Assembly: GCA_016840065.1 (NCBI GenBank)
Contig: JAEOTB010000091.1
Coordinates: 32,001 to 96,000, forward strand
Length of the DNA: 64,000 bases
DNA from: Candidatus Hermodarchaeota archaeon
Lineage (GTDB): Archaea > Asgardarchaeota > Hermodarchaeia > Hermodarchaeales > Hermodarchaeaceae
Direction: 5' to 3'
The notes under the pieces are model-generated. The model did no database searches. It worked only from the letters and a program-made list of their open reading frames with translations, and had not been told where the DNA came from. The position numbers were made by a program, and so were the translations under genes. Positions 39,266 to 48,078 of this stretch are shown piece after piece. The stretch's first letter is position 1. Each line of letters opens with the position of its first letter.

Positions 39266-40120
39266 TTATTCCATGAAGTCTTCAATAGGAGCGCGAAGTA
39301 AATCTCGTACTCGATGGGCTTTGATATTCAGTCCTTCTAGAATTTTCACTAATCGGCTTCGTTGTGACCCCTGAATCCCCTTCCAATCAAGTGCAGCCAA
39401 AGATACGCGACCATGTGTTCTCTCGATTGCTTGGCTGATTAGAGATTCAGAAATCAGGTCCAAATGATATTTCGGCATCAGATGGGATGGTGCAAATCCG
39501 GTTTCAATGCTTAGGCGGGTGAATGCGGGACAGTAATGCGGCCCTCCGAAGCCAAGAAATGCAGGAGCTGATTTCTGCAGATTTTCTGCCACCGCCATAA
39601 TAGCACGGGCGACAGCTTTGGCTGCTGCTTCATTTCGCCAATCATGTTCAGCACTACCTATTTCTACAAAAAGCGTTGGGATCTTCTCAATCCAAGGTCC
39701 GTGATGCGTCGCCTCAAGTCCGCAAGCCCACATATCAAGCTTCAATCGGTTTCGTTCAGCGAGTAAGGTCTGGTGAGCTACCTTAACGGCAGAGGGATGG
39801 GCTACACATAATTTTGAAGGTTTGCCACCAAGCTCAGCAGCTGACCAATTGCCAGGAGTATGGACCAGTAAGGCTGGTTTGAAAGACGCGGATTTGTGAC
39901 GTGACGCGAAGATGAAGATGTCAGCTGACAGACGTTGGTCTAGTCGGTCTGCATAGATACTATCGGACTTGATAGTTACTATGGACAGATTGTTCAACTG
40001 ATATATTGGTACACCATCATGAGTCTCCTCTTTCTCACTGAAAGGATACAGCGCAAGTAGTTGTTGTTTGATATTCTGAGCTGCGATATCTTGAACTGAG
40101 CAAAGACAGACGGCGGACAA
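39266..40120 (-). CDS. dtdA: D-aminoacyl-tRNA deacylase (DTD2)
   Basis: SRHKS, HTPGN, EATHHGP, FVEIGS and GGPHY motifs. Confidence 0.92.
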   Translation of the reverse strand: MSAVCLCSVQDIAAQNIKQQLLALYPFSEKEETHDGVPIYQLNNLSIVTIKSDSIYADRLDQRLSADIFIFASRHKSASFKPALLVHTPGNWSAAELGGKPSKLCVAHPSAVKVAHQTLLAERNRLKLDMWACGLEATHHGPWIEKIPTLFVEIGSAEHDWRNEAAAKAVARAIMAVAENLQKSAPAFLGFGGPHYCPAFTRLSIETGFAPSHLMPKYHLDLISESLISQAIERTHGRVSLAALDWKGIQGSQRSRLVKILEGLNIKAHRVRDLLRAPIEDFME

Positions 40121-40144
40121 GGTTATCGTCCTCGCCTATGAGTG

Positions 40145-41083
40145 TTACATTAGAAGAGCCAAGGCTGCCTTCTCGGTGTGTAGACGGTTCTCCGCTTGGT
40201 CCCAAACCACACTGTGAGGACCCTCGATGACCTCATCTGTGATTTCCTCGTCTCGGTGTGCGGGGAGGCAGTGCAGTACAATAGCGTGCGGAGCTGCAAG
40301 TTTGAGTAATTCCGCGTTAACCTGATAGTCGGGAATAAACGCCTCAAGTCTTTTCGCTTTTTCTTCTTCTTGTCCCATTGATATAAAGACATCAGTATAA
40401 AGGATGTCCGCATCCTTTACAGCCTCTTTCGCATCTTGTGTCACATCGACTTTTGCCAAAGCTTCTTTTGCTCGTTCTTGTGCAACCCTGGTTATCCCTG
40501 GGTCTGGCTGATAGCTATCTGGACATGCCACAACAACCTCCAAACCCATCGTAGCGGCGCCAACCATCAGTGAATGGCAAACATTGTTCCCATCACCAAT
40601 ATAGGCAAGTTTCAGCCCTTCAAGCTCGTTTAACTTCTCTCTAATTGTCAGCAAATCAGCTAGGATTTGACATGGATGGAACTTGGGAGTGAGAGCGTTT
40701 ATCACAGGAATAGTACTGTTCTTTGCTAGTTCCACGACATTACCGTGGCTTCTTGCACGAATAACAATCCCGTGAAGATAACGGCTTAATACACGGGCAG
40801 TATCAGCTATGGGTTCACCACGGCTGAGTTGTAGTTCTTGAGAACTTAGAAAGAGTGGATAACCTCCTAGTTCATGAATTGCGACCTCGAAACTAACTCT
40901 GGTTCGCGTGGAGGGTTTTTCAAAGATCATCCCTATGGACTTGCCCGAGAGACTTGTACCGACTTCATTTCTATATCGTTGACGTTTAAGTTCAGCAGCA
41001 GTATCTAACATCAACTTGATTTGCTCACGTGAGAAATCTGCCAGACTTAGAAGATGGTTTCCCTTTAGACTCATCAGCACCAC
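40145..41083 (-). CDS. argF: Ornithine carbamoyltransferase
   Basis: STRT, HPCQ, SMG and HCLP motifs. Confidence 0.95.
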   Translation of the reverse strand: MVLMSLKGNHLLSLADFSREQIKLMLDTAAELKRQRYRNEVGTSLSGKSIGMIFEKPSTRTRVSFEVAIHELGGYPLFLSSQELQLSRGEPIADTARVLSRYLHGIVIRARSHGNVVELAKNSTIPVINALTPKFHPCQILADLLTIREKLNELEGLKLAYIGDGNNVCHSLMVGAATMGLEVVVACPDSYQPDPGITRVAQERAKEALAKVDVTQDAKEAVKDADILYTDVFISMGQEEEKAKRLEAFIPDYQVNAELLKLAAPHAIVLHCLPAHRDEEITDEVIEGPHSVVWDQAENRLHTEKAALALLM

Positions 41084-41155
41084 ATTCTATACTTCTGTGA
41101 AACCTGCAATCATTGGATGTATTTAGCCTTTCTCTATTTTGCTGAAAGATACTAT

Positions 41156-42067
41156 CTAGTCTAATGGCACTATTTTTTCAGTGAACCATTCGGGTCGAAA
41201 CTCCTCAAGATCAGAGTATTCCTGACCCACACCCACGAAGATTATTGGTTTTCCCGTCGCTAGTGCAATGGAAAGAGCCGCACCACCCTTGGTATCAGCA
41301 TCGACTTTTGTAAGAATTGCGGCGTCGATTCCGATTTTCTCGTTGAATGTCCTGGCTTGAGATATAACATCGTTTCCAGCAAGGGCATCTCCTACAAAGA
41401 TAACTAAATCTGGTTCCGCGACGCGGTGAATCTTCTCTAGCTCCGCCATGAGGTTCTTGTCAGTTTGCATACGTCCTGCAGTGTCAATGAAAACCACGTT
41501 AATCCCGCGTGCTCTTGCGTGATTTATTGCATCAAATGCAACCGATGCAGGGTCTGAACCGTAGGGACGGCTGAGTACCCGAACTTTTAGGCGCTCGCCA
41601 TGGGTGTGCAGTTGCTCAGAACTACCTGCCCGGAATGTGTCTGCACAGGCAAGGACAACAGAGAATTTTCGCTTGAGAAGCATATGAGTTAATTTTGCGA
41701 TAGTTGTAGTTTTCCCGGTGCCGTTTACCCCTAAGAACATCAGAACTGCTGGGTTTCGCTCTTTTCTCCTCTTCTCGATTAGTTGAATGAGATTGATTGG
41801 TGTTTTGGGTGTTAATGCCTCAAGAACTGCTTCCTGGAGTGTTTCTAAAATGAATTTTCTCTTGCTTTGGAGTAATCCGATTTGTTCCCCAGCTATCTTT
41901 TCTCTTACTCTTTCACAAATGAGGTCCGCAGCTTCTAACGCTACATCATTAGATATTAGAGCAATTTGTAAATCAGAAAAGGCATCATCGATGTTACTCT
42001 CGGTAACTGATTTATGAGTGACACGTTGGACGAAGCCATCTACGGCCTTTCGAAGTTTATCAAACAA
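41156..42067 (-). CDS. ftsY: SRP receptor FtsY (NG-only)
   Basis: GVNGTGKTT, DTFRAG, DTAGR and TKVD motifs. Confidence 0.95.
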   Translation of the reverse strand: MFDKLRKAVDGFVQRVTHKSVTESNIDDAFSDLQIALISNDVALEAADLICERVREKIAGEQIGLLQSKRKFILETLQEAVLEALTPKTPINLIQLIEKRRKERNPAVLMFLGVNGTGKTTTIAKLTHMLLKRKFSVVLACADTFRAGSSEQLHTHGERLKVRVLSRPYGSDPASVAFDAINHARARGINVVFIDTAGRMQTDKNLMAELEKIHRVAEPDLVIFVGDALAGNDVISQARTFNEKIGIDAAILTKVDADTKGGAALSIALATGKPIIFVGVGQEYSDLEEFRPEWFTEKIVPLD

Positions 42068-42090
42068 TGTTTTGCCCTCAAGGAAGTGTC

Positions 42091-42516
42091 TTATCGTTGT
42101 ACAAGCTGTGAGATTTGTTTCCGCATTGCTTCAAGTTGTGCATATGCTTTACGTAGGTGTTCTTGTTGGCGCCTTGATATATCTAACAACTGTTCTTGTT
42201 GTTTTTCGAAGCCAGCAAGAGCCTCCTCGAGGGACTTCTCTGCAGCAAAACCTGCTCCAAGAGCGACAATCACATGAGATGCATTTGCGAGGTTTACACG
42301 GAGATGAACCCCAGAGCCAATGCTGACTAGAATTTCATCACCGGGTTCGTGGTTTTTAAGTTCGGAAACAGCTTTTGCCGTTTCAGCGAGACGCGATTCT
42401 TGAGCTTGGAACATCTGGAGATTTGATTGACCACGAGCAATCTCCTCTTCCATTATTTGGATATTCTGAACGAGTTGGCGTGCATATTGTTCTCTCTGTT
42501 GCTGTTCTTCAGACAT
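42091..42516 (-). CDS. pfdA: Prefoldin alpha subunit
   Basis: Coiled coils flanking the ILVSIGSG and VALGAG hairpins. Confidence 0.9.
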   Translation of the reverse strand: MSEEQQQREQYARQLVQNIQIMEEEIARGQSNLQMFQAQESRLAETAKAVSELKNHEPGDEILVSIGSGVHLRVNLANASHVIVALGAGFAAEKSLEEALAGFEKQQEQLLDISRRQQEHLRKAYAQLEAMRKQISQLVQR

Positions 42517-42561
42517 TGGTTAATATCCCCTAATCCGTATTAGCTGCGGGTTTGTTCTAAA

Positions 42562-42795
42562 CTAATCGATTCCAGCAAGTCGTCTGACAATCAGTGTTTT
42601 CGCTTCAGTGGGAGGTATTTCTGTCACTTGATCAATTGTTATTTTTTGTCGCTTCACTCGATGAAAACTCCCGACTTCTGTGTAGACCTGTTCGCAAGCG
42701 TGTTCCTCGGTAATTGCACGGATTTCTCGACTAAATCTAAATTGCTTGTTACGCCGGATGTATGTGCCCTGGATGCGAAATACTTTCACTGACAT
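42562..42795 (-). CDS. rpl18a: Ribosomal protein eL20 (L18a/LX)
   Basis: KVFRIQG and GSFHRVKR motifs; conserved operon position. Confidence 0.9.
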   Translation of the reverse strand: MSVKVFRIQGTYIRRNKQFRFSREIRAITEEHACEQVYTEVGSFHRVKRQKITIDQVTEIPPTEAKTLIVRRLAGID

Positions 42796-42915
42796 AATGC
42801 TGACCTCATTTCAATATGCAGCTACTCAACCGAATGGGTGACCATATTTTAAAGATTGCCCAAACACTCCTATCCTTCAAGAAGCATCCTACTTCTAGGG
42901 AAACGGGTTTAGATA

Positions 42916-43599
42916 TTATGCAAAAAATGTTTGACTAATTGCCATTAGTTCAGGGCCTGTAGTCTCGAATCCCGCAGCTGCAGCGTGGCTAGTAGCTAGG
43001 AGGCCGATGGAAACATAGGGAACTCCACAATTAATCGTACTTACATCAGCTGGAACACCAAAAAAATCTGAGAGGTGTTCCAATTCTGGACTGGAAATAC
43101 CTGTATGAGCTAGCAGCCCCCTATTTGTTACAGTACAATAGGAGCCTACGAGGTTGGACCCTGCAACTGTGCCCGCCTCGACCTCAACATCTAGAGCATC
43201 TTGGATGGCTTGGACTTCTTCTCTAGTGAATTCGCTACTCACGAGGGCAGCTTTATCATTGACAAGAACCAAGTTCCCAAGCGCTGTTAGACGCGATTTC
43301 AGAGAGACTATTGAACCCTCTATCGACGAACTTAGTGCTTTAATCTCTTCATCTAGCGTAAAGTGCGGCACTAGTAGACCATTCACGTTCCCAGCGGATA
43401 ATATACCTACTAGAGAACTGTCACCAAGAGTCGTAATGATTGGCGGCATCTCGAAGAGGTCTTCTAATGCGCGTTGGGTTGGTTCGCGGTTCGATGCTAG
43501 GAGTAGCCAGTAATCAGTAACACGACAGAAAGCACCAATATTTGAACTGCCACTGAAATTGAGCCGCCGAACCTTCCCTTGCATAGAAACAAGCCACAC
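42916..43599 (-). CDS. eif6: Translation initiation factor 6 (aIF6)
   Basis: NIGAF, ALGNLVLVND and TTGPEL motifs. Confidence 0.93.
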   Translation of the reverse strand: MWLVSMQGKVRRLNFSGSSNIGAFCRVTDYWLLLASNREPTQRALEDLFEMPPIITTLGDSSLVGILSAGNVNGLLVPHFTLDEEIKALSSSIEGSIVSLKSRLTALGNLVLVNDKAALVSSEFTREEVQAIQDALDVEVEAGTVAGSNLVGSYCTVTNRGLLAHTGISSPELEHLSDFFGVPADVSTINCGVPYVSIGLLATSHAAAAGFETTGPELMAISQTFFA

Positions 43600-43632
43600 A
43601 TTGAAAATAGAGTAGAAAGATATCCGCTTCTA

Positions 43633-43956
43633 CTATTGTCCTTCTACCAGATAGACTCGGACTATTCCTTCTTTATCTTTGGTTGTTCTAACCCGAACCC
43701 GCCGCGGAGGTTTTTGAATCCCCCGCGCCCACAAATATTCATTAAGCGCTGGATCAATAATCAAATCCTCTTCCCCTTCTTCGGGCTTCATATGCCGAAT
43801 AATAAAAGCACGCACCATATTAACCGCTCGTTTCGCACGCCTAGTACGCACCGTATCATAGACTTTACCAAGAGGAATAGTGTAAAGCCTCTCAACAACT
43901 ACATCATCAACTACTTCAGGAACAGCCGAACCTGTTAACCCTTCTTCACTTGACAT
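43633..43956 (-). CDS. rpl31e: Ribosomal protein eL31
   Basis: ERLYTIPL, RAKRA and WARGIQKPP motifs. Confidence 0.95.
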   Translation of the reverse strand: MSSEEGLTGSAVPEVVDDVVVERLYTIPLGKVYDTVRTRRAKRAVNMVRAFIIRHMKPEEGEEDLIIDPALNEYLWARGIQKPPRRVRVRTTKDKEGIVRVYLVEGQ

Positions 43957-43970
43957 ACTCGAATTAACTC

Positions 43971-44126
43971 CTATGGCTTAAGTTTTGAACGCCGCCACTG
44001 CCGACGCTTAGGATGATTGCGAACCTTACCCGCTGTTTTTACCATAATCCACGTTGGCACACTGACATTCGATTTTAGTGCTCGTGCTAGACGGAGTTTC
44101 TTGCCGAGAGGTTTGTTTCGTGCCAT
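43971..44126 (-). CDS. rpl39e: Ribosomal protein eL39 (51 aa, not in ORF track)
   Basis: Own translation: [51 protein letters not shown]. Confidence 0.95.
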   Translation of the reverse strand: MARNKPLGKKLRLARALKSNVSVPTWIMVKTAGKVRNHPKRRQWRRSKLKP

Positions 44127-44179
44127 TTCTCTTCACATCTATTTGGGACGTCTTTTGGTTATCTTTCTTGTGATTTTTT

Positions 44180-44515
44180 CTAGTGCTTGAATTGGATTTT
44201 CGGCTCTCGTTGGCGTGCGCGTACTTGGGCGAGCATTTGTTTTAGTTGTCTGTCTGATAGGGGAATGGAGGGTAGCCGTTTCATTTGTGCTAGACGAATC
44301 AGTTCGTTTTCTATCTGTTCGGCAAAAGCTGGCTTGACCATCCTGAGGTTTACCAGTCTTGCTCGGGCTTCTGGTGTTAGAATCTGGCGTAGAACTGCGT
44401 CTTTTTGCCTTCGAAACTCTTCATGCTGGGCGGCAGCTTGCTGCTCTTCGGCAGCAGCACGTTGGAGTTCAGCCATCTTTCGCCGCCGAATTTGTTCCAT
44501 TTCTTCGTCGCTCAG
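44180..44515 (-). CDS. PDCD5-family DNA-binding protein (probable CTG start at 44515; first ATG 44500)
   Basis: IRRRKMAELQ and ILTPEARARL..L..VKP motifs. Confidence 0.88.
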   Translation of the reverse strand: MSDEEMEQIRRRKMAELQRAAAEEQQAAAQHEEFRRQKDAVLRQILTPEARARLVNLRMVKPAFAEQIENELIRLAQMKRLPSIPLSDRQLKQMLAQVRARQREPKIQFKH

Positions 44516-44537
44516 ATTTTTACCCTCCCATTAACTT

Positions 44538-44966
44538 TCAACTTGCATCCTGCGTTAGGGTCATATGTGCTAATCGGTCAAGGAAGGACCGCCCCTTGCT
44601 GGACAACACTCGCCCTACACCTTTCTCTAGGGTTACCAAGCCAGCCTTTTCTAACTGTTGAAGGGCCTTTCTGATAATTGAGCCGCTACCCCGAGCAAAA
44701 TGGTTGGGGCGTGTTCCCCGCCTATTTTTACCGCCGTATGCTGTGCGCAGACGTGAAACACCGGTTTTCCCCTTTACGTAAAGGCGGCGGAGAATCGCTG
44801 CGCACCGGATATACCACCAATCAGGATCGGTTGGAGGTCGCTCTTTGTGGGCACCTGTCTTAACGTAACCCGCCCATTTAGGCGGCTTTACCTCTTTCGC
44901 TTTTTTCAGTTCCTCTGCAATACGAGGGATTAGCACTTCTGCAGCAATATCATAGACCGTTGACAT
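44538..44966 (-). CDS. rps19e: Ribosomal protein eS19
   Basis: VKTGAHKE, WWYIR and RKALQQLE motifs. Confidence 0.95.
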   Translation of the reverse strand: MSTVYDIAAEVLIPRIAEELKKAKEVKPPKWAGYVKTGAHKERPPTDPDWWYIRCAAILRRLYVKGKTGVSRLRTAYGGKNRRGTRPNHFARGSGSIIRKALQQLEKAGLVTLEKGVGRVLSSKGRSFLDRLAHMTLTQDAS

Positions 44967-45064
44967 CGTAAAGACCCCACTGTTGCATGGAATGCAAACT
45001 CACTGACAGGTCGGCTCACGGTAGTCGGAGAGCCCTATAAAATTCTTTCGAGGTCTGCAGTAAA

Positions 45065-45346
45065 TCAAACGGCTTTTCGTGATAAAACAACAACCAAGCC
45101 TCGTCGTCCGCAGGCAACACAGGAGGTTCGTTCTATTAACTCGGCTATTATCTTGTTCAATGTACCTCCCGATAAGGCTGATGGTAGTACTCGCACCTTA
45201 ATCAGTTCTTTACCCTTAAGCTGGCGCTTTACCTCTGCCACAACCCGTTCACTCACTCCAGCCTTCCCGATCCGAACACTTGGTTTCTCTTCAGCCCAAA
45301 ACCTTGCTAATTCGCGTCTATCTTTTACCATCTCATAACCACCCAC
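45065..45346 (-). CDS. YhbY/CRM-domain RNA-binding protein
   Basis: PSVRIGKAG and ELIKVR motifs. Confidence 0.85.
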   Translation of the reverse strand: MGGYEMVKDRRELARFWAEEKPSVRIGKAGVSERVVAEVKRQLKGKELIKVRVLPSALSGGTLNKIIAELIERTSCVACGRRGLVVVLSRKAV

Positions 45347-45352
45347 TCTACA

Positions 45353-45691
45353 TCATGATTGTACTCTTCGACTCTTGCGTTTCCATACACGCTTACTCCG
45401 GTGCCCACAGGAACACGTTACAATGAGTGAACTGTTTCTACCAGCTCTGCGCAAACGTACACGGCTGTTTACACCGAACTGAAATGGTGTTGCACACCTG
45501 CGGCAGAACAGGTAACGATACTCGTGTGGTAAGCAGACCCTAGTCCGCATCACAATACGCTGCACTATTTGCACATAATGCTTCGCCAGCGTAGGTTGTG
45601 TACTCTTTACCTCCTCCGCAAGCTCAATTAACATACGAAGCCGCCTCTGAACAAGCCTGCGCCATCTTCTTGCTCCGTGGAACCGTCTCAC
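45353..45691 (-). CDS. rnp4: RNase P protein Rpp21 (component 4)
   Basis: FCRRC...SRVRL...TCSCG zinc ribbon; start set at GTG 45691 because the longer ORF overlaps tRNA-Gly. Confidence 0.85.
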   Translation of the reverse strand: MRRFHGARRWRRLVQRRLRMLIELAEEVKSTQPTLAKHYVQIVQRIVMRTRVCLPHEYRYLFCRRCATPFQFGVNSRVRLRRAGRNSSLIVTCSCGHRSKRVWKRKSRRVQS

Positions 45692-45730
45692 ATCAATCAG
45701 CCACACGATTAGAAACCAAAGAAAGGGAAA

Positions 45731-45826
45731 TGGTGCGCTGACCGGGATTCGAACCCGGGCGCCCAGCGCTCTGCTGATGACAAGCATCGATGGCAGGCTG
45801 GAATCATACCACTAGATTATCAGCGC
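45731..45826 (-). tRNA. tRNA-Gly(GCC) with 22-nt intron at canonical 37/38 (45769-45790)
   Basis: Folded by hand: anticodon arm CCAGC-CTGCCA|intron|C-GCTGG, T-loop TTCGAAT, encoded CCA. Confidence 0.92.
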
Positions 45827-45908
45827 ACGAGTGAGGGTTTACAAGTGTTGCCCATTTAAATCATTTCCCGATTACGAAATCAAGGCTGCCCCTCGCGAAT
45901 CTTTCGTG

Positions 45909-45921
45909 GAAAAGTTTTAAG
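45909..45921 (+). promoter_or_regulatory. BRE/TATA of tRNA-Gly(TCC)
   Basis: GAAAAGTTTTAAG ending 27 nt before the mature tRNA. Confidence 0.55.
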
Positions 45922-45947
45922 GCGCAAGAGGACAGGTTGCGTCCTAA

Positions 45948-46051
45948 GCGGCCGTGGTCTAGTGGTATGATTTCGGCCTTCCACGCCGATGCCCCGGGTT
46001 CGAATGCAGGACAAGTTCTGTGTCAAGCCGAAGATCCCGGCGGCCGCACCA
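45948..46051 (+). tRNA. tRNA-Gly(TCC) with 30-nt intron in the T-loop, position 59/60 (46005-46034)
   Basis: Anticodon arm TCGGC-CTTCCAC-GCCGA; removing the intron restores GGTTCGAATCCC; encoded CCA. Confidence 0.92.
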
Positions 46052-46335
46052 CTCTTTTTTCAAAATCTATTTTTTAGCTATTTCAGTCACCGCAAATGGC
46101 TGCTGGCTTCGAAGTTGTGCTGTTGGCACTTTCTTTGCCCTAACTTATTTTACTTTCAAACGGTTAATAAAATAATAATATGTATAATATTATAATATAA
46201 CAGTTAAATATTTATAATAGTAGTGAATTATATAACAATGTAAGTATGGTAAACTCGCCCTCCAGCCACAGGATTGCCCTTCGAATACTCCAATGGAAAA
46301 AGAGGGGTGAGGGGGCAAACCCCAAGGTGCAAGAA

Positions 46336-46731
46336 ATGAGTGAAAATAACCTAATATACATTGAACCTCTCGTCATCAACGACTACCAAAAATTCCGTTT
46401 CTACGCAAAAAGAGCCGAGTTGGTTACCTTCGAGACACAGTACTACAACACGCCATTCAAAGAAACAAACATCATCGAACCAGCTCAATACCTCAAAGCC
46501 CTCAAAATATGGGCCTTTGGAGTATACATAGACCAGCAGCCCTACACACTGACCCACACAATACACTTCCCCTGGATCCCCCACCTCGCCGAGGATTGGG
46601 AGACATGGATAAAGATAACCAGCAAAAGACTAACCATTCTCACAGAAGAGCTGGAAACCGATCTCCAAGCTATCCAAGGCAACCCATCTCCCCCCTCAGT
46701 TCGAGAACTCTGGGTCAAAACACTCCGCTAG
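46336..46731 (+). CDS. Hypothetical protein (about 131 aa; ORF track extends to 46246)
   Basis: AAGGTG SD-like site before ATG 46336; no recognisable motif. Confidence 0.5.
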   Translation: MSENNLIYIEPLVINDYQKFRFYAKRAELVTFETQYYNTPFKETNIIEPAQYLKALKIWAFGVYIDQQPYTLTHTIHFPWIPHLAEDWETWIKITSKRLTILTEELETDLQAIQGNPSPPSVRELWVKTLR

Positions 46732-46749
46732 ACACAAATATTCTAATGG

Positions 46750-46761
46750 GAAAAATTTAAG
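46750..46761 (+). promoter_or_regulatory. BRE/TATA of tRNA-Val
   Basis: GAAAAATTTAAG about 30 nt upstream of the tRNA. Confidence 0.55.
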
Positions 46762-46791
46762 GCACACCAACCCAGCATCAGCCTACAAATA

Positions 46792-46868
46792 GGGCCGGTA
46801 GTCTAGCTGGCTATGACGTCGCCCTGACACGGCGGAGGTCGTGCGTTCAAATCGCACCCGGCCCACCA
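46792..46868 (+). tRNA. tRNA-Val(GAC)
   Basis: Cloverleaf, anticodon loop CTGACAC, T-loop TTCAAAT, encoded CCA. Confidence 0.95.
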
Positions 46869-46975
46869 CTTTTCCGCTCCTGCAAACTCTTGACTACCAA
46901 TTCTCATCGATTCAAGTTTAGGAACTGTTGAAGGGAAAACTCTTAAATCAATGCTGAACTGAATCTTGCAAAGCT

Positions 46976-47085
46976 GCCGACGTAGCTTAGCCCGGGAGTA
47001 ACCTTGACATTGATCAACGGTTTAGCCCGATAGCGCGGGACTGAAGATCCCGTTGTCGCTGGTTCAAGTCCGGCCGTCGGCACCA
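46976..47085 (+). tRNA. tRNA-Phe(GAA) with 33-nt intron in the D-arm, about position 22/23 (46999-47031)
   Basis: Anticodon arm CGGGA-CTGAAGA-TCCCG; removing the intron restores GGGAG|AGC; encoded CCA. Confidence 0.9.
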
Positions 47086-47119
47086 CTCTTTCTATTACTG
47101 TTTTAGTAATACTGTGCTG

Positions 47120-47584
47120 CTATCGTTTGAATAGCCATTCAACTAATATTACTAGGAAAATGGCTAGGAGTGCACCACTGGTATTGGCTAATATGTATTT
47201 CACCAAATAGGATGGTTGAGTGATGGGAGTAGCGAAGAACCATAATAGGTAAACAAGACCCCAGACTGCAAGGACAAGGACAGCGGCGACAAAAAGAGTT
47301 GCAAAGCCTCTGAGAAACTGAAAACTAGGGCTTTCTGTAGGAGCTTGTGTTTGCCTGCGCTTAGGTGTACGTAAAGATGAGATGGTTTCAGCAAGAACAA
47401 CGGAGCCGGCGACTTGAGCAAGGATGACACCTAGTGGTACTAGAGTAAGAACAATCGGTGAAGCGATATGAAGAGCATTTACAGCCAGGTATGACATAAC
47501 AACTTGGACAAGCCCGAACAATCCTAGAATGACGAAAAGATAAGCAAATCCTTCAGATGTTTTCCAATAGTAAACTACTGACAT
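47120..47584 (-). CDS. Hypothetical four-TM membrane protein
   Basis: ORF track, four hydrophobic segments. Confidence 0.6.
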   Translation of the reverse strand: MSVVYYWKTSEGFAYLFVILGLFGLVQVVMSYLAVNALHIASPIVLTLVPLGVILAQVAGSVVLAETISSLRTPKRRQTQAPTESPSFQFLRGFATLFVAAVLVLAVWGLVYLLWFFATPITQPSYLVKYILANTSGALLAIFLVILVEWLFKR

Positions 47585-47671
47585 GATGAGTCCTCAGCAG
47601 ATGTAATACGCATCGCATAGGAGGAAAGGGTATTAATGTTTTTTCTGTTTCAAAGTAGAGTAAAAGGAAAA

Positions 47672-47746
<75 letters not shown>

Positions 47747-47887
47747 TTTAGAGCTTGGTTTCGTTTGTAATTTAGAGTTATAAGAATTTTGGCGGGAATA
47801 CTATAACTGTTAAATTCCTGAAAATTTATGTGCTTTGGGTGAACTGCGCTCTGTTAGTGACCCACTGGTTATGTGAGTTTTAGGGAG

Positions 47888-48073
47888 TTATACGAGTCGA
47901 GTGCGAGTGACTGTTTTTGTCTGCCACTTGTACCTTGTTATCTTTGCCGATTTTCCGAAGCCGCAGGCTGAGCATTTCTTCTTTCGGACGTGATATGAGC
48001 GTCGTCCGCAGCGGCGGCAGCGGATGTGCGTTTTCTTGTTGTGTTTGCCTCTTGATGGTGTCCCTTTGCCCAT
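47888..48073 (-). CDS. rpl37e: Ribosomal protein eL37
   Basis: KGTPS, CRRCG and CSACGF motifs. Confidence 0.96.
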   Translation of the reverse strand: MGKGTPSRGKHNKKTHIRCRRCGRRSYHVRKKKCSACGFGKSAKITRYKWQTKTVTRTRLV

Positions 48074-48078
48074 GTCGA

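Noticed and set aside
45692-45787. N-terminal extension of the Rpp21 ORF in the track
   Set aside because: Overlaps tRNA-Gly(GCC); GTG 45691 is the plausible start.
45989-46195. 68-aa ORF
   Set aside because: Runs through tRNA-Gly(TCC), its intron and terminator T-tracts.
46052-46790. Intact tRNA-integrated provirus or attR site
   Set aside because: No integrase and no duplicated tRNA 3' end seen; the interval is only about 0.7 kb.
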